Shown here: positions 27,685 through 36,937 of the stretch, one piece after another
Numbering within the stretch: position 1 is the stretch's first letter
Layout of the letters: each line of letters starts with the position of its first letter
Source of the DNA: Escherichia phage KS_S9
Sequence record: PP920551.1
DNA: 44,983 bases
Strand: one strand, 5' to 3'
Translations under genes and position numbers: made by a program
Notes under the pieces: model-generated
The model's database searches: none
Seen by the model: the letters and a program-made list of their open reading frames with translations, nothing else
What the model was told of the DNA's origin: nothing

Positions 27685-28391
27685 TTTAAATTTTCCTCGT
27701 TAACCGCTATCGCGAAGCCGCGCGGAGTGAGCGACCGGATTAATTTTGTGCGGGCTGATTTGCCTCCGAGGCGACTATACTGCTTCGAGTACCCTTTTTC
27801 AACGAAAACGGGTTTCTTCTCTGGCATACGGAAGCCGTTGCCGGTCCATAAGCAGGTCAGCTTCGGATATGAATCGCGGGCGTTGATGTATTCCGGGAAG
27901 AGCGGGTGTACGTCATCCTCCGGCAGATATCCCCCATACTCCCACGGGTCGAATGAGTGATCCGGCTTGCGCCACTGGGTGGAAAGCACACTGCGCGGAT
28001 TCTCAATCATATACGGCACTTCGAAGAAGTCCCCCAGGTAAGCGGCGATCTTCGCGGTGCGCACCGCCTTAAGCTGAAAAGCCGGGTCTTTTTCACGTTT
28101 GCGCGGGAAAGCTGGCGCGCCGCTCACTGCCAGATCCGTACACGGAGGGAACGCATAGATGATGTCCGGCGTACCGAAATCGCCATTCATCGCGCGGTCC
28201 ACGAAGTCCAGATCGATAAACTCATTGCGATACCGGATCCCGCGACCATAAATCCGGTAGTCAAGGTAAGACCCGTGATCGGCTTCGGAATAGTTGAAGC
28301 AATAACACTTATGCCCCATCTCGGCAGCACGCTCAATCATCAAGCCGCTGCCGTCAAACAATGACCAGATTGTCATCTTCGCAATAGTCAT
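27681..28391 (-). CDS. DNA cytosine-C5 methyltransferase-like protein
   Basis: 236 aa; motif I-like LFDGSG, motif IV-like FPPCTDLAVSGA (PC dipeptide), motif VI-like MIENP; shorter than canonical Dcm enzymes. Confidence 0.5.
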   Translation of the reverse strand: MTIAKMTIWSLFDGSGLMIERAAEMGHKCYCFNYSEADHGSYLDYRIYGRGIRYRNEFIDLDFVDRAMNGDFGTPDIIYAFPPCTDLAVSGAPAFPRKREKDPAFQLKAVRTAKIAAYLGDFFEVPYMIENPRSVLSTQWRKPDHSFDPWEYGGYLPEDDVHPLFPEYINARDSYPKLTCLWTGNGFRMPEKKPVFVEKGYSKQYSRLGGKSARTKLIRSLTPRGFAIAVNEENLK

Positions 28392-29812
28392 TTGCGCGCC
28401 TTTTTAGCTTTCATGTATTCCATCAAGTCGTCCTGAATATCCCGCTTACTGTCGCGACGCTCGGCGACCAGTTCGTCCAGTGTCCCGCGCGCCTGGATAA
28501 TGTAGACGAATACCGGTCGAGGGTGTCCGGCCTGCATCTGGCGAACCGGCCCGATACGTTCAACGATCTGCGAAAAGTGCTCAAAGTTCCAGGTATCGGA
28601 GAAGATTGCCAGGTGATGACCGCCGTCCTGCAAGTTAAGGCCGTGGCCCGCCGATGCCGGGTGCGCAAACATGATGGGGATCTCGCCTCTGTTCCACGCT
28701 TCCATATCCTTATTGCCCTGCTTACCGTTACCCAGCGCAACGCCGTGCGGAAATTTCTTCTTAAGACGTGCCAGGTCATGCTTGTACTGATACGCAACGA
28801 GCAACGGCGCACCGTTCAACTCCTCCACGATACTTTCCAGCGCGTCCAGCTTCGCGTCGTGAATCTTCACCCACTCGTCGGTCCGTTCGCCGTCTTCGTC
28901 CACCTTATACACGGCCCCGGATGCAAGCTGAAGGCACTTAATTGTCTTCGATGCCGCGTTCGCCGCTTCCACTGTTCCGCTTTCCAGTTCGGCAAATAGC
29001 TCGCTTTCAAACTGGTCGTAGATCTTGCGGGCTTTCTTCGGCAGGTCCACAACAACCGGCGTATAGATTGGCTTGTCGCATCCGAAGTATTCAGCCGCGT
29101 CAACGGTTAGTGATACGTCAGACAGGCGTTGTTGTATTTCTTTCTCGGAGTTCTTTAGCGGGGCGTGCTGCATCGTGAAGCTGCCAGGCTTAACAGGCTT
29201 GCTAATGAACCAGCGATCGGTGAATGCCTTATAGCTACTGCCGAGGCGTTCGCCACCGTCGACAAACCACGTCTGACCCCATAAGTCTTTTAGCCCGTTT
29301 GGCGCTGGTGTGCCGGTAAGGTTAATCCAGCGCTTGACGTGTTTATGTGCAATCGCTGCCAGTGCGCGGGCGCGCTTGCTCCCCTGCTTGCTACGATAGC
29401 CTTTCAGCTTAGTCGATTCATCGGCAACAACGACCGTAAAGGGCCACGCATCGCCGTAATAGCCGACCAGCCACTCAACCACATCGTAGTTAACACAAAC
29501 CACGTTAGCGTCGCTCTCAAGCGCCGCAATACGGTCCTTCTCCGGCCCGGTGCCGTCTACGACCAGCAGGGATGAGAATCGCCATTTCTCCTGTTCCGGG
29601 GGCCATGTACCCGACGCAACACGCAGCGGGGCCAGCACCAGTACGCGGTCCTCATGATGGGACAGGACGCCAGTCTGGAACATTTTATTCAGCGCCCACA
29701 TTGTCGCGCCGGTTTTACCGGATCCCATTGTCGCCCATATATTACATCGCTTATGCTTGAGGATGAACGCGGTTATCAACTTCTGATATTCGCGGCGTCG
29801 GAATCGTGCCAT
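28388..29812 (-). CDS. Superfamily-2 DNA helicase (SNF2/DEAD-like)
   Basis: 475 aa from ATG 29812 (ORF-track GTG 29902 would overlap the upstream gene); Walker A MGSGKTG, DEST box VVADESTKLK. Confidence 0.75.
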   Translation of the reverse strand: MARFRRREYQKLITAFILKHKRCNIWATMGSGKTGATMWALNKMFQTGVLSHHEDRVLVLAPLRVASGTWPPEQEKWRFSSLLVVDGTGPEKDRIAALESDANVVCVNYDVVEWLVGYYGDAWPFTVVVADESTKLKGYRSKQGSKRARALAAIAHKHVKRWINLTGTPAPNGLKDLWGQTWFVDGGERLGSSYKAFTDRWFISKPVKPGSFTMQHAPLKNSEKEIQQRLSDVSLTVDAAEYFGCDKPIYTPVVVDLPKKARKIYDQFESELFAELESGTVEAANAASKTIKCLQLASGAVYKVDEDGERTDEWVKIHDAKLDALESIVEELNGAPLLVAYQYKHDLARLKKKFPHGVALGNGKQGNKDMEAWNRGEIPIMFAHPASAGHGLNLQDGGHHLAIFSDTWNFEHFSQIVERIGPVRQMQAGHPRPVFVYIIQARGTLDELVAERRDSKRDIQDDLMEYMKAKKARK

Positions 29813-29816
29813 TTCT

Positions 29817-30035
29817 TTATTCCGCCTTTTTCCAGACTTCGGTTTCACTGTTCCAGTTCCTTTTTGTAGCGTCGTAGTTGGTGGCGTGTCCGATGTGCAC
29901 ACCGGTAGCCCGGAAGCTCTTAAATTTTTGCCAGCACACCGTCAACGGCAGCGGATCATTCATGCCCGCGATAAACCATACGCGATCGCCCGGTTTACAT
30001 TCGCCCAGCTTGGTGAGTCGGTAATGTTCTTTCAT
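29817..30035 (-). CDS. Hypothetical protein
   Basis: 72 aa from ATG 30035 with GGGAGA RBS 7 nt upstream; preceded by minus-strand terminator. Confidence 0.4.
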   Translation of the reverse strand: MKEHYRLTKLGECKPGDRVWFIAGMNDPLPLTVCWQKFKSFRATGVHIGHATNYDATKRNWNSETEVWKKAE

Positions 30036-30045
30036 CGTCATGTCT

Positions 30046-30071
30046 CCCAAAAATGGCGGGACAAGCCCGCC
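30046..30071 (-). terminator. Intrinsic terminator (minus strand)
   Basis: Minus strand reads GGCGGGC-ttgt-CCCGCC followed by ATTTTT. Confidence 0.5.
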
Positions 30072-30078
30072 GTATTAA

Positions 30079-30252
30079 TTATTTTTGTTCTGCACGGTAG
30101 CGGCGCTGCCGTTCGCGCTCTTTCTTATTGCGGCACGATTTGCACTCTGCCCGATACCCGTCTGGACTGCGCGCAGTCTTACCGGTGTATTTGTGGAACT
30201 GGGATAGCGGCTTTACACAGCCGCAATTACTACAACGTTTTTCTTCAATCAT
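30079..30252 (-). CDS. Small zinc-ribbon protein
   Basis: 58 aa from ATG 30252 (GAGGA RBS): CSNCGC...F...DGYRAECKSC four-Cys pattern. Confidence 0.45.
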   Translation of the reverse strand: MIEEKRCSNCGCVKPLSQFHKYTGKTARSPDGYRAECKSCRNKKERERQRRYRAEQK

Positions 30253-30283
30253 CTCTAAAATCCTCGATAGTGCCAACCTGCAC

Positions 30284-30312
30284 ACTATACCGCTATGCGA
30301 CCAATTCAGCAA
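30284..30312 (-). promoter_or_regulatory. Putative internal sigma70-like promoter
   Basis: Minus strand TTGCTG-N17-TATAGT with ATTGGTTGC / ATTGGTCGCA motif copies; ~25 nt upstream of ATG 30252. Confidence 0.35.
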
Positions 30313-30571
30313 CCAATAAATCGCAGTCGGCTATGTTGTCGATAACGCGAACGTCAGCACCGCGGCGGGCCATTCGCTCATGTTCACGTACCTGGTGCGG
30401 CTTCGGTTTTCCTCCGGGGCGCTTCACTTCGACGAACACTATTTTGCCGTTGATGATAATAATCAGGTCGGGCGCACCTGCGCGCCCCTCCCATGCCAGT
30501 TTTCGGCAGAATCCGCCAACATCTTTCACCCGTCTCATCAGGTGGCTTTGAATCTTGCCTTCTGGTGTCAT
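30293..30571 (-). CDS. VRR-NUC domain nuclease
   Basis: 92 aa from ATG 30571 (TAATG overlap with polymerase stop): GAPDLIII..GKIVFVEVKRPGG..Q matches the VRR-NUC PD-(D/E)xK pattern. Confidence 0.65.
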   Translation of the reverse strand: MTPEGKIQSHLMRRVKDVGGFCRKLAWEGRAGAPDLIIIINGKIVFVEVKRPGGKPKPHQVREHERMARRGADVRVIDNIADCDLLVAELVA

Positions 30572-32862
30572 TACTTCCTGTACCTGTACATAATGTCGCC
30601 TTCGGCGGCAAGTGGGAAGCCTTTCGCCCAAATAGGCAGGTCGCACATCAGCGCGCAAAGCTCCTCTGTCGTGTAGTCGTCGGTGTCCGGCACTTCTGTG
30701 ATCAATTCATCATGCACCGATAGAACGATTTCATAGCCTGCAGCTTCAACGCCAGGCATGGACCAGGCGAGAATATCACGGCACAACGCCTGTACTATGT
30801 TCTCCGTCAGTTTGCCGCCGTAGGTATACTGGAAGCCCCACTGGCGCGTCGTCTGATTCTCGCCCTGATATTTAATGCGTGTGCTGGTGCGCTTCTTGCC
30901 GGTGTCTTCGTCAATCTCGGTAGTGACAGACAGCGCTATGCCGGGGTAGCTCATGATGCGCCCCGACGGCAACTCAATTTTCAACCACCACCCCGCGGCG
31001 TTCGGGTCGTCGCGCTCCTCGTCAAAGGTTGGGTCGTGCTTCGCCTTCGTACGGACAATCTTGAGCGCTTTTCTACCGTCCGGGCGAACGTTCGCACCAG
31101 CCCAGTATGCTTTGCCCGGATTGCGGATTGCACACAACACCGCGTCCTCAAGCTCGGCCCAAAAGGCTACCGTCTTCGGGTGAGCCTCACGCCACATACG
31201 TTTGATCGCGTCACAAGTAAGCCATACGTTTTTCGGCAGTATGTAAGTCGGGCGCTCGTCCTTCTTGCCCGGCTTCGGTGGGCGTTTCGCTTCGTTAATG
31301 CGGGCGTACTCATAACCGCGCTTCGCCGCCGCCCAAATGTGATCCGGGAACGTGCCTTTCATCACGTCCGCCATAGTGTAAAGGTCGAGTCCCAGGTTTT
31401 TAGCGAACTGCAAGAACGCCGCGACGCCGCCACCATAGCCCAGCCCCAATTCGCACGCCTTACCGATCTGGCGCAAGTCTTTGCGGTTGGCTTTAATGTA
31501 GTCCGGGTCCAGGCCGAACATCTTACCGGCAGTCTCACAATAGATATCGCGACCGGCCTTAAACACCATGAGCGCGGTTTTCTCGCCCGCGATCCAGGCA
31601 AGCCCACGCCCTTCCACGTTGGAGTAGTCCGCTACGACAAACTTCTTGCCCTTAGCCGGGATAATGCACCCGCGAACGGTCGAGGCTGTTAGCTTAGATA
31701 TGTCATACGCCCAGTGCGCGGTCCCGCGTAACAGGGAATTGATGCCGTTGGTGAGCATGTGCGTCCGGACCCAAAAAGCAACGTCGCTCTCGCCTTCGCG
31801 GCGCTTAATCTTCCCTTCGTGATCGTCGCTATACTCGCCGCGTGCCAGGTTTTGAGGCTGGAAGCCTTTACCAGCCCAGCGCAGCGTGCGCTTTGCGCCA
31901 CCATACTGAAGACACCCACGGCGGCGACCATCTGCGGATAAGCCGTTAACTAGCGGATTGTACTTAGTCGATGCCGTTGATGACGCACCGAGGCGCATTT
32001 CGATAAGCGCTTTGCCTTCGTCGGGGAAGTCCGGGTCTTCAAGCAGGTCGTTAAGTGTGGATTTCTGCGCGTTGTGGATCGTGAACGCCGGGGCGATATC
32101 ACGCAGGATTGGCAGGAAGTCATTGCCGGTCAGCTTACCGCCAAATCGCTCCCAGGCTTCCTCCTTCAATTCTTCCTTATGCGCCTGCACCGCTTTGATC
32201 GCGGCGTTCGCCAGGTCAACGTCCACATAGAAGCCGCGGTCGTTGATCAACTGGTCAATAAGCAGTATCTCGTCTTCCTTCGGAGTATTACCCCAGTCCG
32301 GTATGCGCCAGTAGACCTCACGCATCGCGATAATATCCAGCGCGGCATATCGCAAGAATTTGGCCCATTCTTCGGGGTGCGTCTCGCGTGTGTAGCGGCG
32401 GATTTTGTAGGTCTTAGGGGTGGGCTTACAGAATCGTTTAATCAGCGCCTTGCCTGCCTTATCCTTCGCGTGCTCTGCGTCAACGCCCAGCACCTGGCAC
32501 TGCATATCGAGGCTACCGGGCAGCGCGTGGCGAAATGCCATAATCATTGTGTCTTCGATCTGGCTTACCGGCAGGTCAATACCCCACTTCTCGCGGATAA
32601 CCAAGCGGTCAAACAGGAGGCCGTTAGCCATCACGATTTTTGCTTTCTTGCGGGATACCTGACGGAGCGCCTTGCGCAGTTCACGCGGCATTGTTGGGGA
32701 TTCAGTGGCATCCCATGTCTGCACGCGGCCCTCGTCGATGGCGTATGTGCAAATCATAATCTCGGTGGTTGGGTGCTCTGCGTAGGCGTACGCCCCTACT
32801 TTCTTCAGGTCCACCCCGCTAAATGTCTCGGTGTCGAGAAACAGACGTTCGAAGTCTTTCAT
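30571..32862 (-). CDS. DNA polymerase, family A (Pol I-like) with 3'-5' exonuclease domain
   Basis: 763 aa; exo motif LFLDTETFSG; pol motif A-like DYSNVEGR, motif B-like RQIGKACELGLGYGGG, motif C VHDE. Confidence 0.9.
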   Translation of the reverse strand: MKDFERLFLDTETFSGVDLKKVGAYAYAEHPTTEIMICTYAIDEGRVQTWDATESPTMPRELRKALRQVSRKKAKIVMANGLLFDRLVIREKWGIDLPVSQIEDTMIMAFRHALPGSLDMQCQVLGVDAEHAKDKAGKALIKRFCKPTPKTYKIRRYTRETHPEEWAKFLRYAALDIIAMREVYWRIPDWGNTPKEDEILLIDQLINDRGFYVDVDLANAAIKAVQAHKEELKEEAWERFGGKLTGNDFLPILRDIAPAFTIHNAQKSTLNDLLEDPDFPDEGKALIEMRLGASSTASTKYNPLVNGLSADGRRRGCLQYGGAKRTLRWAGKGFQPQNLARGEYSDDHEGKIKRREGESDVAFWVRTHMLTNGINSLLRGTAHWAYDISKLTASTVRGCIIPAKGKKFVVADYSNVEGRGLAWIAGEKTALMVFKAGRDIYCETAGKMFGLDPDYIKANRKDLRQIGKACELGLGYGGGVAAFLQFAKNLGLDLYTMADVMKGTFPDHIWAAAKRGYEYARINEAKRPPKPGKKDERPTYILPKNVWLTCDAIKRMWREAHPKTVAFWAELEDAVLCAIRNPGKAYWAGANVRPDGRKALKIVRTKAKHDPTFDEERDDPNAAGWWLKIELPSGRIMSYPGIALSVTTEIDEDTGKKRTSTRIKYQGENQTTRQWGFQYTYGGKLTENIVQALCRDILAWSMPGVEAAGYEIVLSVHDELITEVPDTDDYTTEELCALMCDLPIWAKGFPLAAEGDIMYRYRK

Positions 32863-33029
32863 TGCTTTATCCTCACTACGGCGTCAGCGCTGCCGATCAT
32901 GGAGAAGATGCCGTCGGACAGGGCGATTTCTTCGCCGTTGTTGCGAATCTCGGCAACTGTGAAATACTCGCCCAGCAATTTGGACCATACCTGCATTCCG
33001 ACTTTTACTTCGCTGGCTTTAATACGCAT
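32859..33029 (-). CDS. Small hypothetical protein (56 aa)
   Basis: ATG 33029 after terminator; MRIKASEVKVGMQVWSK...; stop TGA overlaps polymerase ATG (ATGA); not in ORF track (<60 aa). Confidence 0.3.
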   Translation of the reverse strand: MRIKASEVKVGMQVWSKLLGEYFTVAEIRNNGEEIALSDGIFSMIGSADAVVRIKQ

Positions 33030-33045
33030 TTTTCATTGTCCTATT

Positions 33046-33069
33046 AAAAAGCCCGCATTAAGCGGGCTT
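33046..33069 (-). terminator. Intrinsic terminator after SSB gene (minus strand)
   Basis: GCCCGC-attaa-GCGGGC hairpin followed on minus strand by TTTTTAAT. Confidence 0.5.
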
Positions 33070-33087
33070 GAATAGTGGGCTTTGCCC

Positions 33088-33867
33088 TTAACGGCGGCGT
33101 TTACGTGGCGCTTCGTCTTCGTCGTCGTCCTCATCTTCGTCATCGCGTGGCTTACGACGTTTGCGAGGTTTCTCATCTTCGTCTTCGTCGTCGTCATCGC
33201 GGCGCTTGGATTTTTTGGACTTGCGCGGCTTGTCGTCTTCGTCATCGTCATCACGACGTTTTGACTTTTTGGACTTACGCGGGCTTTCGTCTTCGTCATC
33301 GTTGTCCAGGTCTTCGTCGGAACATGAAGACCCGCCACCTCCGAAGGCTTCGCCGTCTTCACGGAATCGCAGACCCAGCAAGCCAGCCCCGAGACCCTTG
33401 CCGTTGGTGTTGTTCCACGCCCAAATATCCAGCGACACGTTGCAATAACAACCGGAGTAGATCTCCTGGCCTTCGATCTCGTCGCCTTCTACGGTCAGAC
33501 CTTGTTCAGTCTGCTTCTCGCCGAGTGACGTCTGAATGATCGGCTGTTTGAACGATTTGGCGTTGATGTACAACATGCCTTCAAATTCTTCGGTTACTTC
33601 GTCGCGCTCGTCACCGTCGCGAACTGCGCATTCCTTAGAATCCTGGGCGTAGTGACGGTCCATCCACTTATCGGCATTCTTCTCGGATTTCAGCTTATCG
33701 GTGAGCACTGCGCGCGCTGCCGCTTCCACTTTGTCCACCTGCGGATCTTCTTTATCCAGAAGAATAACGGCACGGTATGCCGGTTTTTGACCATCCTGTT
33801 TAGGGGTATCACGTTCCCAAATTTTAAGGAAGCATACGCGCACATTTTTCAGGTTGACTTTAGCCAT
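33088..33867 (-). CDS. Single-stranded DNA-binding protein (DUF2815-like) with repetitive basic/acidic C-terminal tail
   Basis: 259 aa from ATG 33867 (GAGGAA RBS): MAKVNLKNVRV...YINAKS...YSGCY matches the DUF2815 phage SSB pattern; C-terminus has repeats of KPRKSKKSKRRDDDDED. Confidence 0.6.
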   Translation of the reverse strand: MAKVNLKNVRVCFLKIWERDTPKQDGQKPAYRAVILLDKEDPQVDKVEAAARAVLTDKLKSEKNADKWMDRHYAQDSKECAVRDGDERDEVTEEFEGMLYINAKSFKQPIIQTSLGEKQTEQGLTVEGDEIEGQEIYSGCYCNVSLDIWAWNNTNGKGLGAGLLGLRFREDGEAFGGGGSSCSDEDLDNDDEDESPRKSKKSKRRDDDDEDDKPRKSKKSKRRDDDDEDEDEKPRKRRKPRDDEDEDDDEDEAPRKRRR

Positions 33868-33957
33868 TTTCCAATTCCTCATTTTCACATGTATCGGGGT
33901 TATTGGAGGCCACCCCGTTCGGCTTGGTTGCCAATTTACTTGGTTGCGCTTAAGCGG

Positions 33958-34200
33958 TCAAGCATTTTCATTAAAAAGATTTCTGGTCACGTAGTTGGTA
34001 GCGTTCTCGGTCCAGCTTAACGGCGGGCGGTCGATGTTCTTCTCCACCCAATCGACGGCAACTTCGCTATAGCCGTCATCCAGCCAGCGGGTCGGATGGC
34101 GAATCATCCACGCCACCATTAACACGCCTTGCACGCAATGCAGGATAAAGCCCAGCGCTCCGAGCAAAAACATCAATAAGATTGCGAATACTTTATTCAT
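33958..34200 (-). CDS. Small membrane protein
   Basis: 80 aa, GAGGA RBS; N-terminal TM segment FAILLMFLLGALGFILH. Confidence 0.5.
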   Translation of the reverse strand: MNKVFAILLMFLLGALGFILHCVQGVLMVAWMIRHPTRWLDDGYSEVAVDWVEKNIDRPPLSWTENATNYVTRNLFNENA

Positions 34201-35623
34201 TGCTTAAGTCCTCGTCAGTAGCTTCCGACCACGCAGGGCGCGGGTCGTCGATTGGTGCTAACACCGGTTTGGCTGGTGCGCGCGTGATTTTATCACACAG
34301 CTTCGCCCACACTTTCGGTTTTTCGTCCTTCAGTACCTTCTCGGCATCCGTAGGGCTGAGCAATGTTTCTTTGTACATCACATCGCGCTTGATCCGGGCC
34401 TTCGTGAAGATTTCAATAACTTCGCTCTCGTCCGCCCACTTACGGATCCCTTCCTTACCGGCAACCATCTTGAGGCCCAGCGATTCGCCATCGCCCGCCA
34501 TTACCGCTTTGAATACCGCGGACTCGATAGCTTTGATGTGCTGGCGCATTGCGTCCAGGCCTTCATAAGCCTTGCGCAGTTCCGCAGCGCTCATAGCGCC
34601 TGGGGCCGCTTCTTTCTTGCCACGCTTCGCACGTCGTGCCGCTTTGCGGGCTTCGCGGGCCATATTGCGGTCGTGATTGGCGCATTCTTCCTCTGTCGCA
34701 ATACTTACGTCGTCGCCCAGGTCTTCGTCTGTTGCCGTTGGTGGGGTCATCGTGTCGATTGCAGCCTTAGCGCGGGCGCTACACTGATCCGCAAATCTGC
34801 ACCACTGACACGCATCAACGCTCGGTCGGAAGTCGGCACGGGTGAGTCCCTTTTTGCCGCGGGCGTACGCTTCCAGGGCGGCGATAGCACGCTTTGACGC
34901 AAACTTAGCGAATATCTCCAGGGCTTCTACCGAAATATCCCACTCCGACGCCCCGCCGCAATACGGCTGGAAGATAACCAGGCGCACGGTCGTGATGTCG
35001 TACATGGATTGCAGCTTGCGCAGCAGGCCCAGCGCATACAACATAAGCTGTTTGTTTTCTTTCGCCTCGACCTTATGCCGCCCCGTCTTCAGGTCGCCAA
35101 CAATCAGCATGTACGTGCCGTCGGTCTTCTTCATGACCATGACCATATCCGCAGTGCCGAACGTCTTAACCCGGTTGCCGTCGATCTCGAAGCCAGAGTG
35201 TAGGACGCGGGTGAGATCGGCGCGCATCTCAAGCTGAACAAACTCCGCCACTTCGAGGAGCGGTCGCCAGTGGTCGATGTACGCGTCGCACTGTTTCACC
35301 ATGTCGTCGTTGACCAGTACGCCGCCTTTCGGTGCTTTCGGGTGCGCCTTTACCGGCCCCTTACCTTCGTTCTCGACGTAGCACCCTTTGTACGTTTTCG
35401 CGGTTATAAGCTTCTCACCGGCGATAATGCGGTTGAGCACGACTTCCGATACTGTGTGCATACTCGTACCGTTAATAGCCGCTTGCCCGGATTCGTTCGG
35501 GATACCCTGTTCTACCACCAGGGCCGCGGGACACCCCATCCATTTTTTAGCACCGGATGGCCCGAGTAATGAATGTTCCGTATTACTACCGGATTGTGTT
35601 TTGCGCTTCGGTTTAATCGCCAT
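34193..35623 (-). CDS. PD-(D/E)xK exonuclease (DUF2800 / Cas4-RecB-like) with C-terminal Cys cluster
   Basis: 476 aa; N-terminal HSLLGPSGAKKWMGCPAA, and CQWCRFADQC near residue 280 consistent with an Fe-S cluster nuclease of the DUF2800 type. Confidence 0.65.
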   Translation of the reverse strand: MAIKPKRKTQSGSNTEHSLLGPSGAKKWMGCPAALVVEQGIPNESGQAAINGTSMHTVSEVVLNRIIAGEKLITAKTYKGCYVENEGKGPVKAHPKAPKGGVLVNDDMVKQCDAYIDHWRPLLEVAEFVQLEMRADLTRVLHSGFEIDGNRVKTFGTADMVMVMKKTDGTYMLIVGDLKTGRHKVEAKENKQLMLYALGLLRKLQSMYDITTVRLVIFQPYCGGASEWDISVEALEIFAKFASKRAIAALEAYARGKKGLTRADFRPSVDACQWCRFADQCSARAKAAIDTMTPPTATDEDLGDDVSIATEEECANHDRNMAREARKAARRAKRGKKEAAPGAMSAAELRKAYEGLDAMRQHIKAIESAVFKAVMAGDGESLGLKMVAGKEGIRKWADESEVIEIFTKARIKRDVMYKETLLSPTDAEKVLKDEKPKVWAKLCDKITRAPAKPVLAPIDDPRPAWSEATDEDLSNE

Positions 35624-35811
35624 TATTCCACCCTTGAAAATTGAGCAATGTAATAATCGTGTTCAACATTGGCCCGCTTCGCGGCATTGTTCATGGTAGC
35701 CGCCAGTCCTCGAGCTTGCATCCAGCAGCAATTCCAGTTTTGATTCATAACGATTTCTGGTTGCTCGTCGCCGGTGATACGGCAACGAAATAAAACAAAG
35801 AATATAGCCAT
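35623..35811 (-). CDS. Hypothetical protein
   Basis: 62 aa ORF, ATG 35811 adjacent to stop of upstream gene; weak evidence. Confidence 0.3.
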   Translation of the reverse strand: MAIFFVLFRCRITGDEQPEIVMNQNWNCCWMQARGLAATMNNAAKRANVEHDYYIAQFSRVE

Positions 35812-36063
35812 TTATTTTGTCTCCCAGCGGTCAATTGTTTTTGCTTCGGATGCAACTGCGAAGCGAACATATTCAAGATTGGAATCCGCCCAAATATAAA
35901 AGTCGGGGTTAGTAAAGGTGGTGCGCTTAATTTGCGCGGGGGTATTGCGGCGTTTGTCTATTACGGCAACGCGTGACTGAAAGCTGCCGATGCGTTCGAA
36001 TAGCCAATAATAAGGGCGTTGGTCGCGGGAGTCCACCGCCTCGATTAGCGTGAAGCGTGCCAT
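35812..36063 (-). CDS. Hypothetical protein
   Basis: 83 aa, GAGGA RBS, first gene after terminator 36076-36103. Confidence 0.45.
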   Translation of the reverse strand: MARFTLIEAVDSRDQRPYYWLFERIGSFQSRVAVIDKRRNTPAQIKRTTFTNPDFYIWADSNLEYVRFAVASEAKTIDRWETK

Positions 36064-36075
36064 TGTCTCGTCCTC

Positions 36076-36103
36076 TAAAAAGAGGCCCGCAGATTAGCGG
36101 GCC
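36076..36103 (-). terminator. Intrinsic terminator after acidic repeat protein gene (minus strand)
   Basis: Minus strand GGCCCGC-taatct-GCGGGCC followed by TCTTTTT. Confidence 0.5.
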
Positions 36104-36111
36104 GGAATATA

Positions 36112-36741
36112 TTAATCTTCCAGTTCGAAATAGGTTTCGACGATTTCTTTTAAATCTTTGTGGAAGTCTTCAACGTCGTCATCTTCCAGCTTGGCGATTG
36201 ATTTGATTTCGAACGCGTCCAGCAGATCATCAAATTCGTCGTTCGCGTCGTCGTCATCACCGCCTGCGATAATCGCGGCATACTGTTTGATCTCGTCGCG
36301 CATCTCCGCCAGCGGATCGGCATCTTTGTCCAGCAGATCATCAAATTCGTCGTTCGCGTCGTCGTCATCACCGCCTGCGATAATCGCGGCATACTGTTTG
36401 ATCTCGTCGCGCATCTCCGCCAGCGGATCGGCATCTTTCTTGCCTTTGCCTTTTGCCGGTGCTTTTTTAGACTTAGCCGGTTTTTCGGCTTCGGCGTCTT
36501 CGTCGTCGTCATCTTCTACGACTTCTTTTTTGGCCTTACCTTTCGCCGGTGCTTTTTTAGATTTAGCCGGTTTTTCGTCTTCGACTTCATCGTCGTCATC
36601 TTCGACAACTTCTTTTTTGGCCTTAGACGGCTTCTTATCTTCCTGTTTACCAACGGCCGCGCCAACGGTTTCATAATGCTTTGCAATGGTTTCCAGTGCT
36701 ACTACGCCGCGAGTGATCAGGTTTACGATTTGCTCAAACAT
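36112..36741 (-). CDS. Early acidic repeat protein (Lys-rich and poly-Asp/Glu blocks); function unknown
   Basis: 209 aa from ATG 36741 (GGAGA RBS); contains a perfect 37-aa tandem duplication (DADPLAEMRDEIKQYAAIIAGGDDDDANDEFDDLLD) and KPAKSKKAPAKGK repeats; monocistronic. Confidence 0.6.
   Translation of the reverse strand: MFEQIVNLITRGVVALETIAKHYETVGAAVGKQEDKKPSKAKKEVVEDDDDEVEDEKPAKSKKAPAKGKAKKEVVEDDDDEDAEAEKPAKSKKAPAKGKGKKDADPLAEMRDEIKQYAAIIAGGDDDDANDEFDDLLDKDADPLAEMRDEIKQYAAIIAGGDDDDANDEFDDLLDAFEIKSIAKLEDDDVEDFHKDLKEIVETYFELED
36220..36441. repeat. Near-perfect 111-bp tandem duplication inside gene 36112..36741
   Basis: Unit starting CAGCAGATCATCAAATTCGTCG at 36220 repeats at 36331; identical through ...GGCATCTTT. 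Confidence 0.85.
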
Positions 36742-36937
36742 GGTATATCTCCGATTGGTTAAGTTTAGGTGTCGGCAGTTAACTTCGTCGGTGGCCTTAA
36801 CATATTGCCAGGTTACGCGTTCTCCCGTTCGGGTAGTGGACCTGGTTATATAATCACGGTTGGGAATCCTGACACTTCGATCCGGCCCCTGCGTTGCCCC
36901 TCTCCAGTTTGCGTCCTGCATCCTGTCGACGGAGTGA

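Noticed and set aside
31036-33075. Plus-strand ORFs 31036..31692 and 32074..33075
   Set aside because: Antisense to the DNA polymerase gene, which has clear polymerase motifs.
33082-33539. Plus-strand ORFs translating poly-Ser / poly-Arg (33075..33539, 33161..33448, 33082..33264)
   Set aside because: Antisense or alternate frames of the repetitive SSB tail region.
36158-36676. 172-aa poly-Ser ORF on plus strand
   Set aside because: Antisense to the acidic repeat protein gene; low complexity generated by the repeat.
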